Source of the DNA: Ascidiella aspersa
Lineage: Eukaryota
Assembly: GCA_963924565.1 (NCBI GenBank)
Contig: OZ004608.1
Coordinates: 27,156,001-27,220,000, forward strand
Reading direction: 5' to 3'
DNA: 64,000 bases
Numbering within the stretch: the first letter of the stretch is position 1; each line of letters starts with the position of its first letter. Both the position numbers and the translations under genes were made by a program. The notes under the pieces are model-generated. The model ran no database searches and was not told where the DNA came from. It saw only the letters and a program-made list of their open reading frames with translations. Shown one piece after another: positions 36,598-51,590 of the stretch.

Positions 36598-39500
36598 CTG
36601 ACAGAGTATTTTTTCGTTTTTTTTTCAGTTTGGCAAGCAATTTTTACTTGGCAGCGGATACACACAGTTTTTGCTGACGAATCACACACAAGATAACATG
36701 TTCAGATAAGCAGAAAATAAACAATGTTGGTGCCTAATTTGGCCAAACTGGTTGTAGTTACTTCTTTTAAAAAAATAATTGCACAATTATCTTGTTTCAA
36801 GCCTGAAAAACCCGGAAGTCGAGGAATGTTCTACAGTTACCATTATGGTATAGTCAAATTGGACATTAGACAAGAAAAGCGCATTTAAGTCGTTTGTAAA
36901 ATACCAAATTTCCAGTAAACACCGCCAACGTCGAATGTTTATTTTTTTATAATAGCAAACTATAACTGCCGAGCTTTGAAACATTCATTTAAAACAGGGG
37001 CTCTTAAACTTTTTTTTACCGCGGAACCCGGAAAATTTTAAGGACCGGTGACTTTCAGAAATTTGCTGTTTAAAAAAAAATGTGAAATGAAATGAAGTAA
37101 GTATATTCAGTGCAAAAACGTTTTATTTTTAACTAAAGCCTATTCTTTTCTTTGAAAAATAGATTGCTTAAATATACACTAATAGTTCAATTAGGCCTTC
37201 TTGGGCCCCCTAAAACTAGTCCACGTACCCCCAAGGAATCCATGGACCCCAGTTTAGGAACCCCTGATTTAAATGAAGTAATTGTATTAGTAAACCATTA
37301 CCTGAGAACGAGACACGTGATCTGTACAGCTGCCAGGATGATAAACAGCAAGCCGACCACGGCGAAGGTTAGCTTGGCAGTGACGTCATCTAACCACGTT
37401 TCAGTGCTGATTATATCGGCTGGTGACGTCACTTCCAAATCGTCAGCAGCTGCGGAAAGAAGCACGGGCGTGAGTTGGTTTTGCACGGCCGCTAGTTTTA
37501 TGAATGGAAATACACGCAAATGGAGTTAAAACTAAATAAGGTACCTTAGAACTATGCCAAGCAAAACTAGAATATAAAATATATAAAGAAACTTTATAGT
37601 CTGTCTTTTCTGCAGCGTTATATAAAGCAGTCCACTCCAACCAGTGGGTACCGGTGGGTCGCGAAGCATTTTTAAATGTAAAAGTTTTTTTCATTAGATC
37701 CGAGAAATGATTGCATTATTATTACGTAACATTTATGCAACAATATCACAAATACTTAACAATTAGATGTATTGTTTCGCATTTACTATTTCAGTACGTA
37801 CGCCAGTAGTATAGATGCAGGTTCTATGTAACTTTGTTAGATTGGCCTTACATCATTGTAGTTCGCACAACAAAACTTGCATTAAAAGTGGGTCGCGAAC
37901 TGGAAAAGGTTTGGAAACACTGATATAAAGCATTTGGAAAAAAGTAATTTAAATTAAGTGCATTTGATATGCACTATTCCATCGTGTTGGCATAACTATT
38001 AGTGTTTTGCGTTTTAATGATGAAATTTAACTTCACCTAATTATTTTAGGAATAAAGAACGTTTTTTCCCTAATCTATTTTTTTTCACTTCCAAAGGAAA
38101 GCTAGCTACTGTTAAAAACAGTGATACCTTTGAATCAATGAATAGCAAAATGAGGGCCACTTACTCGCATTAAGGTTCTTGTAAATGTCGGCCAGCGACT
38201 TTATTTGCAAACTGTCCTTTAGTTGTTCAGCATCAACCGGAGTTTTCTCCCAGGAGTGGAAGACGAGTTTTACAGTTGGCTCGTACATCACAAACCCGTT
38301 GCTCGTAAAGCGCCCTATAATAGAGCACAAAGCCGGGTACTGTCAACGCCTTTTTTTGCAAGAGCAGTGGTTTCCAACGTTTTTTGTCCCGTGCACCCTT
38401 TTAGATGATATTCAAATCTAATTCGCCCCTACAAATTTAGTTTGCTAAAATATCGTTTACATTGATATTTTAATTTAATGCTTAGAACAGAAATTAAACT
38501 CTCGATTAAAAACTCAATACCCTCTAATATTCCTATTTGTACTATTTATCATGAACTTTGGTGAAAAATATTTTATTTAAAGAATATATATAAAAATATA
38601 AGAGTCAATGCTTTTAACAATCAGGGGGAATCGATTTTATACGAGCAGTTCTTTTTTTCAGCTGATATATGGCAAATGCAACAATAACACATAGCAGAGA
38701 CAACTAGTAAGAGATTTATATTATAACACAAATCCCCCATTCAAATTACAAAATTCCTCCCTAGTGGGGACCACTGCGCTAGAGCAATTAGCTTGTTAGG
38801 AGCATAATGGTCGGAGATTGCAATTAAACGTAGTAAAACATATCAAAGCCAAAAGAGAAGAGGGTGCCCTTGTACGCGATTTAAAGAAAACACTTTTAAC
38901 ATACAACGTTTGCACATTGTTACCAAAACTTTACGCGCTTTTAAAATTTTTTTTATCTTTATAGCATACTTAAAAATTACTTGTGAATATTTAAAACTAA
39001 AACGATATAAACTCAAAACAGGCAAGTAGGGGACATTTTGCGAACGCGGGTAAACCACCTCTCACCTTTGATCCCGATGGCTTCGATCCAAACAAAGAGG
39101 GCAGGAGCTGTTGTCACAAGATTGATCTGGAACATATTATCTCCAGCCGGAACAACGCTGCTGACCTGAGAGAAAATTAACATTTAAGTGTGTATAGATA
39201 GACAACAATTTACCATCGTACTGTTGCGCCCCCGCCGCGACCTGTGCACTGGGGCTTGGCCCCAGACCCCATACAGCTGCCCGGCGGGACGCAACCGCGC
39301 GAGTTCTTGTTGTTTGCAAAGGTTTCTGGTCAGATATGCTACCTGTCATAAACCACAACTAAAATTCCAATCAAAAGTATATTGTTACAACGAATTAAAA
39401 CGATATCAAATAGCATTAGTGAACGTTATTTTCAAGTTAATGTGAGACAGACAGCCACCGCCTATTGCAGCGACTGTCGGCTAAAACTTCGCAAAAGACT

Positions 39501-42500
39501 TCTCTAGAGAAAAAGCTCAAAGCCGCTAAGAAACGACATGTATATAGCCAATACGTAGGAAGAAAAAGAACACGAAAGTTACGTCATAATTGGTCAATAA
39601 GACTGGCCGGCACTCTAAAACATGGCTAGGCATTACAGCGGCCATTCTAAGGCCAAATTGCAGCGGGAGTCAGACGCCAGCAAAACAAGTGGCTTGTTTT
39701 GCAGAACGTGAGAACACCGCCCGCAAGACTGACAGTTATAGATTACGAGATTAAAGGTTACCAGTCAAGTTTGAAACGAGGCGAACTAAAGCAGAAAAAC
39801 TTAGGAATTTTACACCCAACAATACGGACAACTTTACATCATCAAATATTATATTTTATAACTGAAGAACATATTTGGCAAACGAAAGCTGAAACGCGTA
39901 ATCTAAAACCCTATTTATCACATCGTAAAATCACTTAATGAACTCTAAGATTTGGCTTATGGCAGTTAATCAATTTGGGTGTTTAAGTGTTGAAAAACAC
40001 TTAACACGTACAACACTTATATACTAACAATTACTACTGTAAAATACCAATTTTAATACAATAGGTAAACGTTACAAACTACCCCGGATGACTTTGGGCA
40101 GGACAAGGCGGGTAAAATAACTAGCCTGTGGTGAGGTTCGAACTCATGACCTCGGCCAAACCGGGGCGTTTCATGTTAGAAAATTTAAAGATGATTAAGA
40201 TTAAGGATAGGATTTCGCAAATGGTACGAAATGCCTATTTAACCATACCCCAAAAGCAACGCTTAAATCGATTTGTTTCTTAAACACAAACCTGTATGTG
40301 CGGTTTCTTGAGGCCCTGTATTTCCTTGAAGTTAAGTGGAAAGAGGAAGGCAGGAGTGACGTCTTGGTTGTTTTGCAGCGACACTGTGATGTAGCACAGG
40401 TTCTAAACAGGCGAAAGCATTTGTGATTATTACAGAGCCTTAACATAAACAGGTTACCAAAACGACGACAACGTCATTAATCGGTCAGAATAATTGTTCG
40501 CGTATAGTATTTTAATCTTACTACTTAAATACTGAAACATTCACACACGTGCGTACAACTGCATTTGACTTGTACTTAAATCCTTGGATGAACAGTTGAT
40601 TTCAGTTTTCATACATACATATTATTAAAGTTGATAAAAATACCAAATAGTGGTCCATGGTAACCAATGTGGTACCTTGTATAAAGAGTATCCATCACTG
40701 GTATAAATGGTCCGAAAATGATTAATAATTTAATTTATAATTTATCTTTAAAACACGAACTAGAAATCATTAAAAAATGACGCGCTATTTAAGAAAGGAC
40801 ACGCAACAAAACGTAATCTCAAGGGTTCGCTTCTCGAACAAAAAACAAATATGCAGTAACAATTCCGTTAGCGCGACAATATTACTTGGCACGGAAAGGA
40901 TGAAAAATTCGCAAACCAATAAACAATAGGGGGCACAGCCAATTAATCATTTTTCACATACAGAAATTAAAACCAATAGCACGGCGGCATTGTAGCTAAA
41001 GCGGTCGCGAACCTGATAGGGGCAGTTGCCGTAATGGAGAATCGAACCGATGCTTTCAACCAGCAGCTTGGAGGATCGGTGCGCCGGGATGCTGGCGTTC
41101 GAGGTGTAGCTGCCCAGGACTCCGAATTGCTCCCAGGAGCGCACAGAGACGAGGAGAGAATCGTCGGCGTCTTGGTCGAGGTCGGAGGCGGCGTAGACCG
41201 TTAGTTGAGTGTCGTCGTCGTACGCGATAAGAGCGAGCGGCGCGAAAAAGTCGAGCGCGAAGTAGTGCAGCATCTTCCACTTGCCTCCGTACTCTGTGCA
41301 TTGTTTTAGGTACATGTAAAATGGATACAGGGAATACGGTTAGTGTATTGGAACACAGTATACGTTGTTTTTTTTAGGCAGAACAGTTAATGATAAAGAC
41401 CAGTGCTCTTCAAACTTTTTTCCATGGTGCACCCTTAAGATGTTGTGGTGAACTCATGCACCCTATTTATTTTAAAGGAAAATCTAGGTGAAAAGACATA
41501 TGGAATTCACCTTTCAGATATTAATACTCAACAAAATTACTAAAAGTTAAAAAAAAACGAGGAATATCTTATTTAAGGAATTTTTTGTTGTTGCATGTCG
41601 AGAGGGCATATGCCCATTTAAGTTGTCATGGATTGCTATTTGTGATTATATTTTTCCTAAATCCACACAATAACCATCCCGAACCGGAACCAAACAGGTC
41701 ATTGATTTCGGAAAGGATATGTTGCCCATTTTAATTATGGAAATATCAGAAAAATCGCGCTTTGTGTTAATAATGTTTTATTTTCTGCGCATTGTTTTAG
41801 GTCAGTGGTTCGCAACCTTTTACGGCCTGTGGCACCCCAAAGAAAACATAAAAAGGTTGCAGCACTCCTATTAAAATTTTCGTTGAGTAACCCACCATAA
41901 TTTCAAGTGGTTTACTATAAATAAACGAAACTGGAACAATACAAATAAACTCTGAGCACTGTAGGAATTATGTTTTGTTTTACTCTATCATACACAAAGA
42001 GCGAAAGGCTTCGCAATAATAGCAAAAATAAAATTCCTAAAGATTCCAAAATATCTCGCGGCACCCTTGAGCATTAGAAACCGCAGCGCCCTGGTGTGCC
42101 ATTTTTAATGCTAAAGGGCGCCGATAGGTATTTGGGAATTGGTAAGCTTCTTGATGCAACTATTTTTGTACGGTTAAACACCATTATATGAATTGACATT
42201 TCGTACATGTTTTAAGTTAATGGTGGTGCTCCAGTTGCATTTATAGCACCATTTCGGTATAATAATACAACGAAAATCCCAGTGGGGTGTCGAAAATCAA
42301 TTTTTGTTTTGAGGTGTGCCGTAAGCAATAAAAGGTGGAGAGTTACTGATATAAAGAATACAGGCCTACAGGGGTTCTATACTTACCGGTCGACGACCAA
42401 GTGGGAGCTTGCCAAATGTCGTTTAGCTGCCAGTAGAGGGCGCCCATGGTGTGACCGGCGCCGTCCACAATCTCATTCCGACTGCGTCTGTAGAACTCGG

Positions 42501-45500
42501 TCTGCGCCTTGTAGCAGAGAGACTGCATCACCTGCCAACAGAAACACCTATCGTGGCTTCTATTCAATAAGTCGTTTATGGAAAATTTTGCCTCCCTCTT
42601 CGAACAATGTCTTTTTTATAGCCACAACGCTCATGTGCTTTCTCTGTTAATCTTTAATGTAAAATGATATGAATTATACAGCAAGGGCTTTGTGAAATAA
42701 TAAAATCAGTGTAAAGAGAGCTTAAAATGTAAATGGATGCTAGTAGGGTGTCTTATCACTGAGCACCCTTCTCACCCCTATAGCTTGAAAAAAAAGCATT
42801 TCAGCATAATAGTTGAGGCTTATCATTTGTATTAATTGCCAAGGCCTGCTGAGAAGTATGTATTTATTTAGTTATACGTGCGTATAAAACAACTAAATTG
42901 GAGTCTTACTTCTAACTAGATGGTTTGGGTATAACTTTTTGTTATTTGAATATAAGAGACGGGCCGCATGAAATATGGACTGTTCAACGGTTAATGTAAA
43001 TTGTGAGAGAAATTTAACAGACAATAAAATGTATTGTATAAGACAGACTCCTGCTTAAAATCACATGAATATTTAAACTGTTGAATACAAACAATGCCCT
43101 AACGGCTAACGTATCGGTTTCAATCTGATTTTATAACGCGTTATTTAGTCACGTATATATCTTACCTGAGTTAGGTAGAGCGTATCCTGAAAGACTTGCG
43201 TGCTGTTGCCCACGTCTGGCATGGCGAAATGCATTTTGATCTGGACAGCCATTTGCTGGTTGCCGTCGCCGTGGTGCTGCCGGTGGCTCGACCAATCGGA
43301 GTCCAGCGTCCAATCACGTGCCTCGCTGACGTGTTCTATCGCTTCGAATGATGGCCACGACTGAAATCCGTACTCAGATGCAAACCTTAAAGGCGATTTA
43401 AAGGAGTTGTATAAATCAGTTATTCCAATAACTGATTGGACAGCGATTATTGTATTTCAACATGAACAACAAATGCCTTAAAAATTGCCGTATTTAAGCG
43501 AAAAATTAAAATTATAGACCTAACTCCAAGCCTTGTCATGGCTTTGTCATACACAGTGGGCTTGTTTTCTATTACTTTCAGTCAAACGGTCAAAGGTCAC
43601 TTAGCACATGGGGCCTAGAAATTGTAGTTGTACTTATGGTTACGGCAGTTGGTGTTACTACCTTGTCGCGGTAGGAGCATTAACTTACGACGTGATTATA
43701 CCTAGTTTTAGGAAACTTGGTCCAATCCAAACAGTCGTCCTTGTAGTTATAGTAGTGGACGTCGCCGTACTGGACACTGTACGGGTTGGTCGCTACCCAG
43801 CCCTCATCCGCCGATTCTGCCGCATTGGTCGGACTGGATGACAGGAAGGGTCGGGAGTCGTCCAACGAAAGCACCAGGGTTCGAATGGTATCTTATGTTA
43901 AACAAAGGCACAAAAAACACATTTAAAAGCCAAAGTCTAATATTTCATCGTGAAAACTCAAATTAATAGTATTAGAAAAATGAAGAACTCTCCATCTTTG
44001 CAAGCACACGATAGGTATTTTTTGTTATTACTAACCCGACGTGATTTCTGAGAGCATTTTTCGTATAAAATATGACTTTGAAAAAATTTTAGTTTCAAAC
44101 CCACGTTAGTTTTCTACTGAAATTAGTTTTCGACTGAAACGTAGATTGAATTTTTAAACCTTGGAAAAGCAGTTTACGTTCCAGAAACACAACAAGTGTT
44201 TACTATAAGTATAATATTTCTTGTAAATTTACCAATATACAACTTAACGTAATCCTTCTTGTATCTGTCGAAGTGGTCGGTTGTGTTGTACCAATTTGTG
44301 GCCAGCGCAGCCTCGTTTTCGTTGTTTCCAGCCCAGGCCACTATCGAGGCGTGGTGTTTTAAGCGCCATATTTGGTCGGTGAGTTCCTGCAAATATGCGT
44401 AAGTTCAATAAGTTATCATTGTTGTAAACAAGTCGTTTGGAAAAATTATTTGTACTTAAAGCAAGTGAAGCCCGAGATCAAGTAATTGTTATAGCACGTA
44501 GGATAAATTTTAACAAAAATAAATAAAATTTTCAAGTTGATTCATCGTCTAATTCAGTGCTTCCCAACCAGTGGGTCGCGAAGCATTTCTAACTGTTACA
44601 GTTTTCTATCAGATTGGGCAATTATTGCATTATCATTGCGTAACGTTTGTAACACATTACGTAACAATTAGATGTGTTTTGTCGCATTAAATATTTTAGT
44701 ACGTATGTCAGTAATCATGCAGGTTTTATGTAACCGTTAATCTTATTTCCAATAAGTTGCATTTTAAATTTTTGCTAAACAATTTGTTCATATCTCATTG
44801 TGGATCGTTCAATAAAACTTGTATTAAAAGTGGGTCGCGAACTGAAAAAGGTTGGGAAGCACTGGCCTAGTAGTTGGCTTAATTCTGAATTCAAATCATT
44901 TCACTGAAAAGTTAAATCAGCTTAAGGAAAATTATACAGAAAACTTGAATCAAAGGAAGGTATTTAAAACCGGGTTTAAGAACCCCCTTTCATAGTTAAA
45001 GTTACAACAATGGTTAGATTCACTAAAAAAGTTTGCAACAATTACAACGGCCAATCAGTTAAACAAATATTAACATGGTAAACAGCGCACCGTAGTGTTC
45101 ATTTCTCTCGCTGGTTTAAATTGCAATTCAGCATATTTTAGAATTGCGATTTACGTTAACTCGAGTACGAAGGTCAGCGTAATGATAGCTCCTGCGAGCG
45201 TATTGTAAACAAAATATTAATTATTTTACGCCAACACTGATTGATATTTACATATCAAAATGTTGATTGCAAATATGCACTTTCGGGGTGCTGGTAAGAT
45301 GCTTTTTATCCCTGACTAGGGACGAAAAAAGTAGGAATGTGACAATTTTTCAGATACTGAATAAGAAATTTAATTGCACAATTGCTCGTTATTGCACAAT
45401 TACCTATTGAGTATTGGGTTGTTGAATAAGTAATAATTGAACCTTATTCGGAAAACATATTTTGACAAACCATCAATTACTAAAAACTATTTTAATGCGT

Positions 45501-48500
45501 TTTAAATCTGCATGGCACAGTTTTGTAACAAAAATCTTGATTCAACATTCCTAAAAACAAAACGCATTTAAAAAAATAACTATAAGACGGTTAATATACG
45601 ACTGTAACTTCAACATTTACTTGGAAACTGTCGGGTAATGCGAAATGGCAATAGTCGTGCCAATTTTGTAATAACTCTTAAGTAAAAAAAGCCTATTGGC
45701 ACATACAGTATATATAGATATCTGAATGTATCTAGACACTGGTAAGAAATGCTGAGCTAAGAATATAAGTGGGCTCGATAATGATGCCGAGTTCGAGTTC
45801 CCGTGACCTTTCGCAGTAACCAACCAAAGATAAAACAAATCTAGATACCTGGGTGACGTTGTCAAGAAACTCGTGCGAAGTCGGGTAGAGGGCGCAGGCG
45901 AACATAAAGTCCTGCCAGATCATAATGCCCAGCTCGTCTGCCAGTTGGTAGAAGCGGTCGTCCTCGTATATGCCGCCTCCCCATACGCGCAGCATGTTCA
46001 TGTTCGCCGCGTGGGCCGATGTCAGCAAGTTCTCGTACCTTGGTTATACAGCGATGTTGTTTATTTGAAGTGTGTGTGGCCTGTGTAAGGTTGCGTCAAG
46101 ATATTTCGTTTTTTTTTGTAACGCAGTAACAGTGCATCAAACAACAAACGAATACCATAAGCAGATTTAACTAGGACTTCATTTTATTTTGACTTCATTT
46201 TATTTTTATTATTCGATTTAACTATGACTTTATTTTTATTTTTTACTGACAGGCAGAGTAACTAACAGGCAGCCTTGGATAACTAGAAAATTCTAGTTTT
46301 CTAATTCTATGAATTAGAGCAAAATGCAACTAATTCTAATTCTAATTCTTGTTCTAATCTAATTCGGATTTTACCAAAAATGCTACTTTGTCCAACGGAA
46401 TTTTTATTTTCTCAGTCGAAAACAAACAATTTGAAAAAAAAACTTATGGTCGAAACGATTTGTTCGGATTAACTTTACACCCTAAATGCCAAAACCTTAA
46501 AAAATAGCAGAGAAATATTTGCAATTTACAATATGAATAGAACAAATCTGATATAAACTAAGTTGATGGTGAATAATTTAATGTACATCTAGTTTAAATT
46601 CCAGTTTATACTTAGTTTTTTTCAAGAATTCAGTAATTCTAAAATAAATTAATTCGAGAAAACTCAAAATGATCTAATTCTAATTCTAATCTAGTTTTAA
46701 AAAACCGAAAAAAATTAATTTTAATTCTAATCGAATTGTAAAGCTAAAATAAATCTAGTTGTCAAGTGTGCTAACAGGGGGTTCCTTTCTTTGTTCTGAT
46801 ATCATTTAAAACCGATTCAAATTACTAGGCCTACGAGGGGTCCAGCGCACAGCTGATTATCTTTATACAATTTGAAGCTTTTCCATTTATTTTAAATGCT
46901 TTTGCTGGGAGCGATTAAATAGTAAGTTAACTTTTTATTAATTGATAACAAATTAACAGAGAGGTGGCAATACACAAAATTCACCTTTCGTATGTGATAC
47001 GATTTTTAAACGCGTCGGCCGGAATCCAGTTGGCCCCCTTTGCCCACACGATGGCGCCGTTGATCCTAAAATAGAAGCTTAAACCCGGAGAGCCTTCGAT
47101 TTTCTCCTGAACCAGTTCAACCTTCCGAAATCCAAACCTTTATGACAAAATAATTGACTGTTTTAAAACATTTTTATTACCTTTTTAATCTTCCTTATCG
47201 GCACGCATAATTTAAGATTGTGTTAAAAATGTGCTTGTGCTACTTGTGCTGTTCCGACGATGATGACAAGCAATTGCGATAATTTGCAAATCAATCTTAA
47301 CTTTGCGTGCTTAAAACAAACTGTAATGATTTTTCATGCTATGGCACTGATCACTATTGTTTTTTATGTTGTATCAGAACCGTTAAAATTTACTGAAGCC
47401 GTGTTCATAGCCCCTAAACTAAATTATCGCAATTGTATGCATGACTGTAAAAAATCAAATTAAATACTGCGCTTTTGTAAAACTATCATAAAGTTTTGCA
47501 AAATCTGTTGGAGAAACAGCCCAAAGTCTTCAAACTAAATTATTGCAATTATTTCCGTTAACTTAAAGAATTTAAACTATATTTTTCTTCTTCGGAGAAA
47601 TCACATATGCATAGAGTTTTGCATATCATGTAAATAGCTAATTTTAGAGGCCAGCCAACCCGAATATATTAAACACGCCAATCTTGTTGCTCACCTGACA
47701 CTCAACCGAAATCACGCCATCTGATTGATTGTCACTACTCACGTTCGAGGACATTACAAAAAATTGAAACTGGAATACGTCTGTGTTTTAAATGCCACGC
47801 CAGTCGGTTGAAAAACGCTTTGTTATACTTCGCATCAGGGTCAGAATATTTTGTTTCTTTCATAAGCTAGGCATAAACCTAATTCATATCCGCTTGACAC
47901 TGTTATTGTCAAGCTTTTTTCCAAGTCAAGACTCTTAAGCTCACAGTTTTGTTAAAACAGTGTACAATTGAAAAAACAAGTAGTCCATCTATTTTTTTTA
48001 TCATGTTAAGTTAAGGCAGGGGTTCTTAAACTTTTTTTTACCGCGGACCCCTAAACATTTTTTTGCCTCACGTCGACCACGGTAGGTAAAAGATTTAAAA
48101 AAATGACGTCATAAATTAACGTCATAATGCAAATAGACGTTATAAATCAGCTGATTTCAGTCTAAAAACTGAGAAAGTGAAATGAAGTCTAAATACAGTT
48201 AAGTCACTGTTTTCAAATGACTTGAATTGATCAAACAAATTACTTGACTTGGGCTTAGGCTTTTTTGGCAAATGCATTACCTTTACGGTTGTCAATTAAA
48301 AACGTTTTTTTTGTAAAAAAATGGGTTATTTACCTCAATTTCTAGACATAAAAAAGTTTGACTGTTAGTTGTTTCGTTCTATATGTTTGCTATGTAAAAC
48401 AATTTTTTTTCTGGCGTCTCGCGAATCCCAGTAATGTATATGGTGTATGTCTTTGTCATTTCGTTTAAATCGGTTAAGCCAAAGGCGCGGTGTCTCCAAT

Positions 48501-51500
48501 AGGAGCCGTGAAACAGACCCGTATTTTGACGTAACTTTGTGGCTTCATCGCTCATTTTTTTATGGCTTCCACAAACTAAAATCTGGATCCGCCACTGACT
48601 GTACATTGTGATTACTACTGGCACAATCATCGCCTTCGTTACAGTGTAGTAAAGGTTTGCAAATCTTAACAAATTGAAAAATTACCGCCCCCCCCTCCAA
48701 ATAAAATTCTTAGACCCAGCCCCTCAGATACAGTCACATGTTGTTTTAAACTTAAAGAAAACGTCTGTTTATAAAAACATATTACACATGCGAAGTTGGA
48801 TTAATGGAAAGTGCTACAATGAAACTTGGGTATTATTTGCTTGCTTAAAAAGAAGGGGTTAACTTGATGAGTCAACCACTGATATATTTATTGCATAATT
48901 TACTAACCTAAAATGTTTGCTACTCTTGGCAAGACTTGTTGCCGAAATAAATTCCACCGAAATGTTGTAAAGAACAGGAGATCCATACCCATTTGGCCAC
49001 CATGGCTTGAACGGAACCTGAATATATGCAAAATGAAGAATACATTTAACATAAACAGTAAACACAGTTACCCATTTTAAAACGTTGATTTTTATTTTCA
49101 AGTTAAATTTATTATTTGATTGACCCCAATAATTTGGCACAGAATAAGTATATATATAAAAAAATATAATTTTTACCGGTTTTAGAAAATATTACCTTGG
49201 TCATGTCAATAGCCAAGTGAAGGTAACTATCTCCATGTGAGGTATTTGTCATCGTTACATTGCTGAAATGTGTATTGACCCCAAGTTCTTCTATTGTAAC
49301 TGTCACATTGCCACTATTTGAAGGCTTTTTACTGTTGTCCGCAACTTGAAACTTTAGGTCAAATACCAGTTGTTTTTTGTCTAAATAAATGTAAGGATAA
49401 ATTAGTTGTTAATATTATATAAATTTAATTTGGCAAAAAATAAAAAATACAGGCAAAAAAATGAAAATAAATTCTTTTACAAATCATAAGGCATATGTAA
49501 TACACAGCCAAAATTTGGTGCTAGAAGCAGACATTTAAAGGGAAAGCTATAAGTCAAATTTAGGCTAAGACGGATAGAACCTCCATAGCCTTATAGTTAA
49601 AGTAGTAAAACATTCAGGTTGATTGTAATAATTTTGTTGGGTGTATTTCCTTAAATCTAGTACAAACGCTAAAATTTTACTTTTTAATTTTATTTAACAA
49701 CTAAAATACACATTAAAATTTCCCTAGAAAAAGTGCAACCATGTATATCCAAATCCAAACATACCCCAGTCAAAAGCAGCTGAAGCGTGTGACAAGAATG
49801 GACTGGAGTAGGCTTCCAGGTAGACAGGCATCCAAATACCCTGAGTTGCAAATGCTGGACCCCAGTCCCAGCTGAATGAACATTGCTCCTTTCTGCAAAT
49901 TGTAATAGGCTATGTGTTAGGACTCCAGCCATAACACAGAAATAAGAGCAACATCAACATTGGACTAAAACACAGTTCGGAATAAGACCAAAATAGGACC
50001 AATACCAATACCGTCTAAATTGGAAAAGTCATGAACAATTTGAAATAAGACATAAATGGCCAGAATCAGGCCTAAACAACACTTTAACTAACCCCAAACC
50101 CCATTTCTAAGTACATTACTCCCCTAATAATTTCAACCCTAACCTTTTTTCTAACCCCACAAAAAACCTAAAACAGAGCACAAAAATCCTGTGCCAAAAC
50201 AGCGGTGCCCCAATGGTACCATTCAAACTAGGGCCCATACATCGACACCCCCGATAGTCCCATACCATCTCCAAACATTTTAGCCTTATTCCAACAGGTT
50301 TATGTTTTTTTCAGGCGATTAAGTTCTTATTCTGTTGTGGATATTAGGACATATTTGTCTTTATTATGTTGTTGGACCTAATACTATGGTTTTACAGATT
50401 TTTCTGTTTTAGGTATCATTGCTCTTTAGGTCTTATTGTGTGTTACCATGAAAATCTTTGTTAATGTGCATCAGAATACAACAAAGGCAAGAGTGGAAAC
50501 AAACATAAACCTTATAAGATTAACATGGCAAATTCCCTGCTGTACATCCGGTGGGCAGTTAGGTGGGATAGAGTAAGGCTGCTTCATAACTTGGTTGCTT
50601 GCAACTGTAATTGCAGACTCAAAAGCAACTTCCAGCATGTTGTATGTTGGCTGGAGAATTCCACTCACATTAAACCGCTGCACAAAACAAAAAACTTGTA
50701 ATTATACTAAATCACAGTGCTGTAATGACTTAAGTAAATGTCTCGACTTAGGTGCAATTAAAGCACTGATTTTAAATGACTTGGGTTGGAATAAAGTGTT
50801 TTCATTAAGCAATTTTCATTATAAAATTGGACCATTTATCTTCATTTTGCACATTGAACAATTTGCTTGCTACATGTTGTGTTTTTGTTGTTTTTTACTT
50901 GAGTTTGTTATTAATTTAAAATGACTTGACTTAAGTTATTCACAAATGACTTGACTGGGATTTAGGTTATAGGTCAATTCATTAAAAAATACTCAATGGT
51001 ATGCGACCAGAAAAGTTGAGAATCATTGTTTTAAAGCATAAACTTACATAGGCAACAAACATATCATGAGTCCTGCCAATAAGCTTTCCATTTAAGGATA
51101 CATTTGCAAAAGTGTCCACACCCTCAAAGACAAGCCAGTGCTCCTGTGCTGAAAGAAACTCCCCAGAAACACCAAATGTCCTGGAGTATTTCCAAGAACT
51201 TTGTGCTATCCACCTTAAATTGAGGTCATTGAAACCATAGTACGGATCCTGTCGGATAAAATGGTCAAAAAACTAATAAATGTTTTGGTAAGAATAGGCG
51301 GTGATAGTTTTGGTGTATTGAATACTTGGCAGCAATGCACATCATTACTTACTTAGACAGCAAGTATACACATTTAAATTAAAAATCCATACTTGTGTTG
51401 GGCTTTTTCCTTGCATCCAGTCGGTATGTACACATCCAGGAACATTGGTGTTCTGAAGTTGAATGACAACATTCGAGGATGGCTTTGTACCCACTGCAGT

Positions 51501-51590
51501 CCATGTTGTGCCACCTAAATCCTGGCGGATTAAACTTCCCTCGCTTGTAGCTTTACAAAGCAAAATATAAGCTAAATACAGCCAGATCAT
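36327..51590 (-). CDS. MANBA: Beta-mannosidase (GH2), ~18 coding exons, with C-terminal TM and cytoplasmic extension
   Basis: Signal peptide [12 protein letters not shown], then [80 protein letters not shown] (acid/base), [13 protein letters not shown] (nucleophile), [37 protein letters not shown] and SLADIY, in the order expected for MANBA. Confidence 0.96.
36995..37266. mobile_element. hAT-like MITE
   Basis: CAGGGGCTCTTAAACT...AGTTTAGGAACCCCTG; flanks ATTTAAAA / ATTTAAAT. Confidence 0.8.
37302..37491 (-). CDS. MANBA model exon encoding stalk plus transmembrane helix
   Basis: Encodes [23 protein letters not shown]. The phase-1 acceptor matches the donor at 38164, and a GTAATG donor is at 37301. 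Confidence 0.75.
37628..37922. mobile_element. hAT-like MITE
   Basis: Same family as 16932-17230; perfect TSD ATATAAAG. Confidence 0.85.
40074..40170 (-). repeat. Possible tRNA-derived SINE fragment
   Basis: A B-box-like GAGTTCGAACC sits in the T-arm-like hairpin GAGGTCATGAGTTCGAACCTCAC. No A-box or cloverleaf was found. Confidence 0.35.
44555..44864. mobile_element. hAT-like MITE
   Basis: Perfect TIRs CAGTGCTTCCCAACC / GGTTGGGAAGCACTG; same family as 16932-17230. Confidence 0.85.
46270..46770. repeat. Repeat element with AATTCT arrays
   Basis: TAATTCTAATTCTAAT clusters lie near both ends, with imperfect inverted ends (GATAACTAGA / TCTAGTTGTC). Confidence 0.55.

Noticed and set aside
40074-40170. 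tRNA gene
   Set aside because: Only a B-box/T-arm-like part is present and there is no cloverleaf. It is kept only as a possible SINE fragment.
12770-51590. Four co-oriented minus-strand genes as a trans-spliced operon
   Set aside because: Intergenic gaps are 1.2-7 kb and repeat-filled, with no direct evidence of polycistronic organisation.
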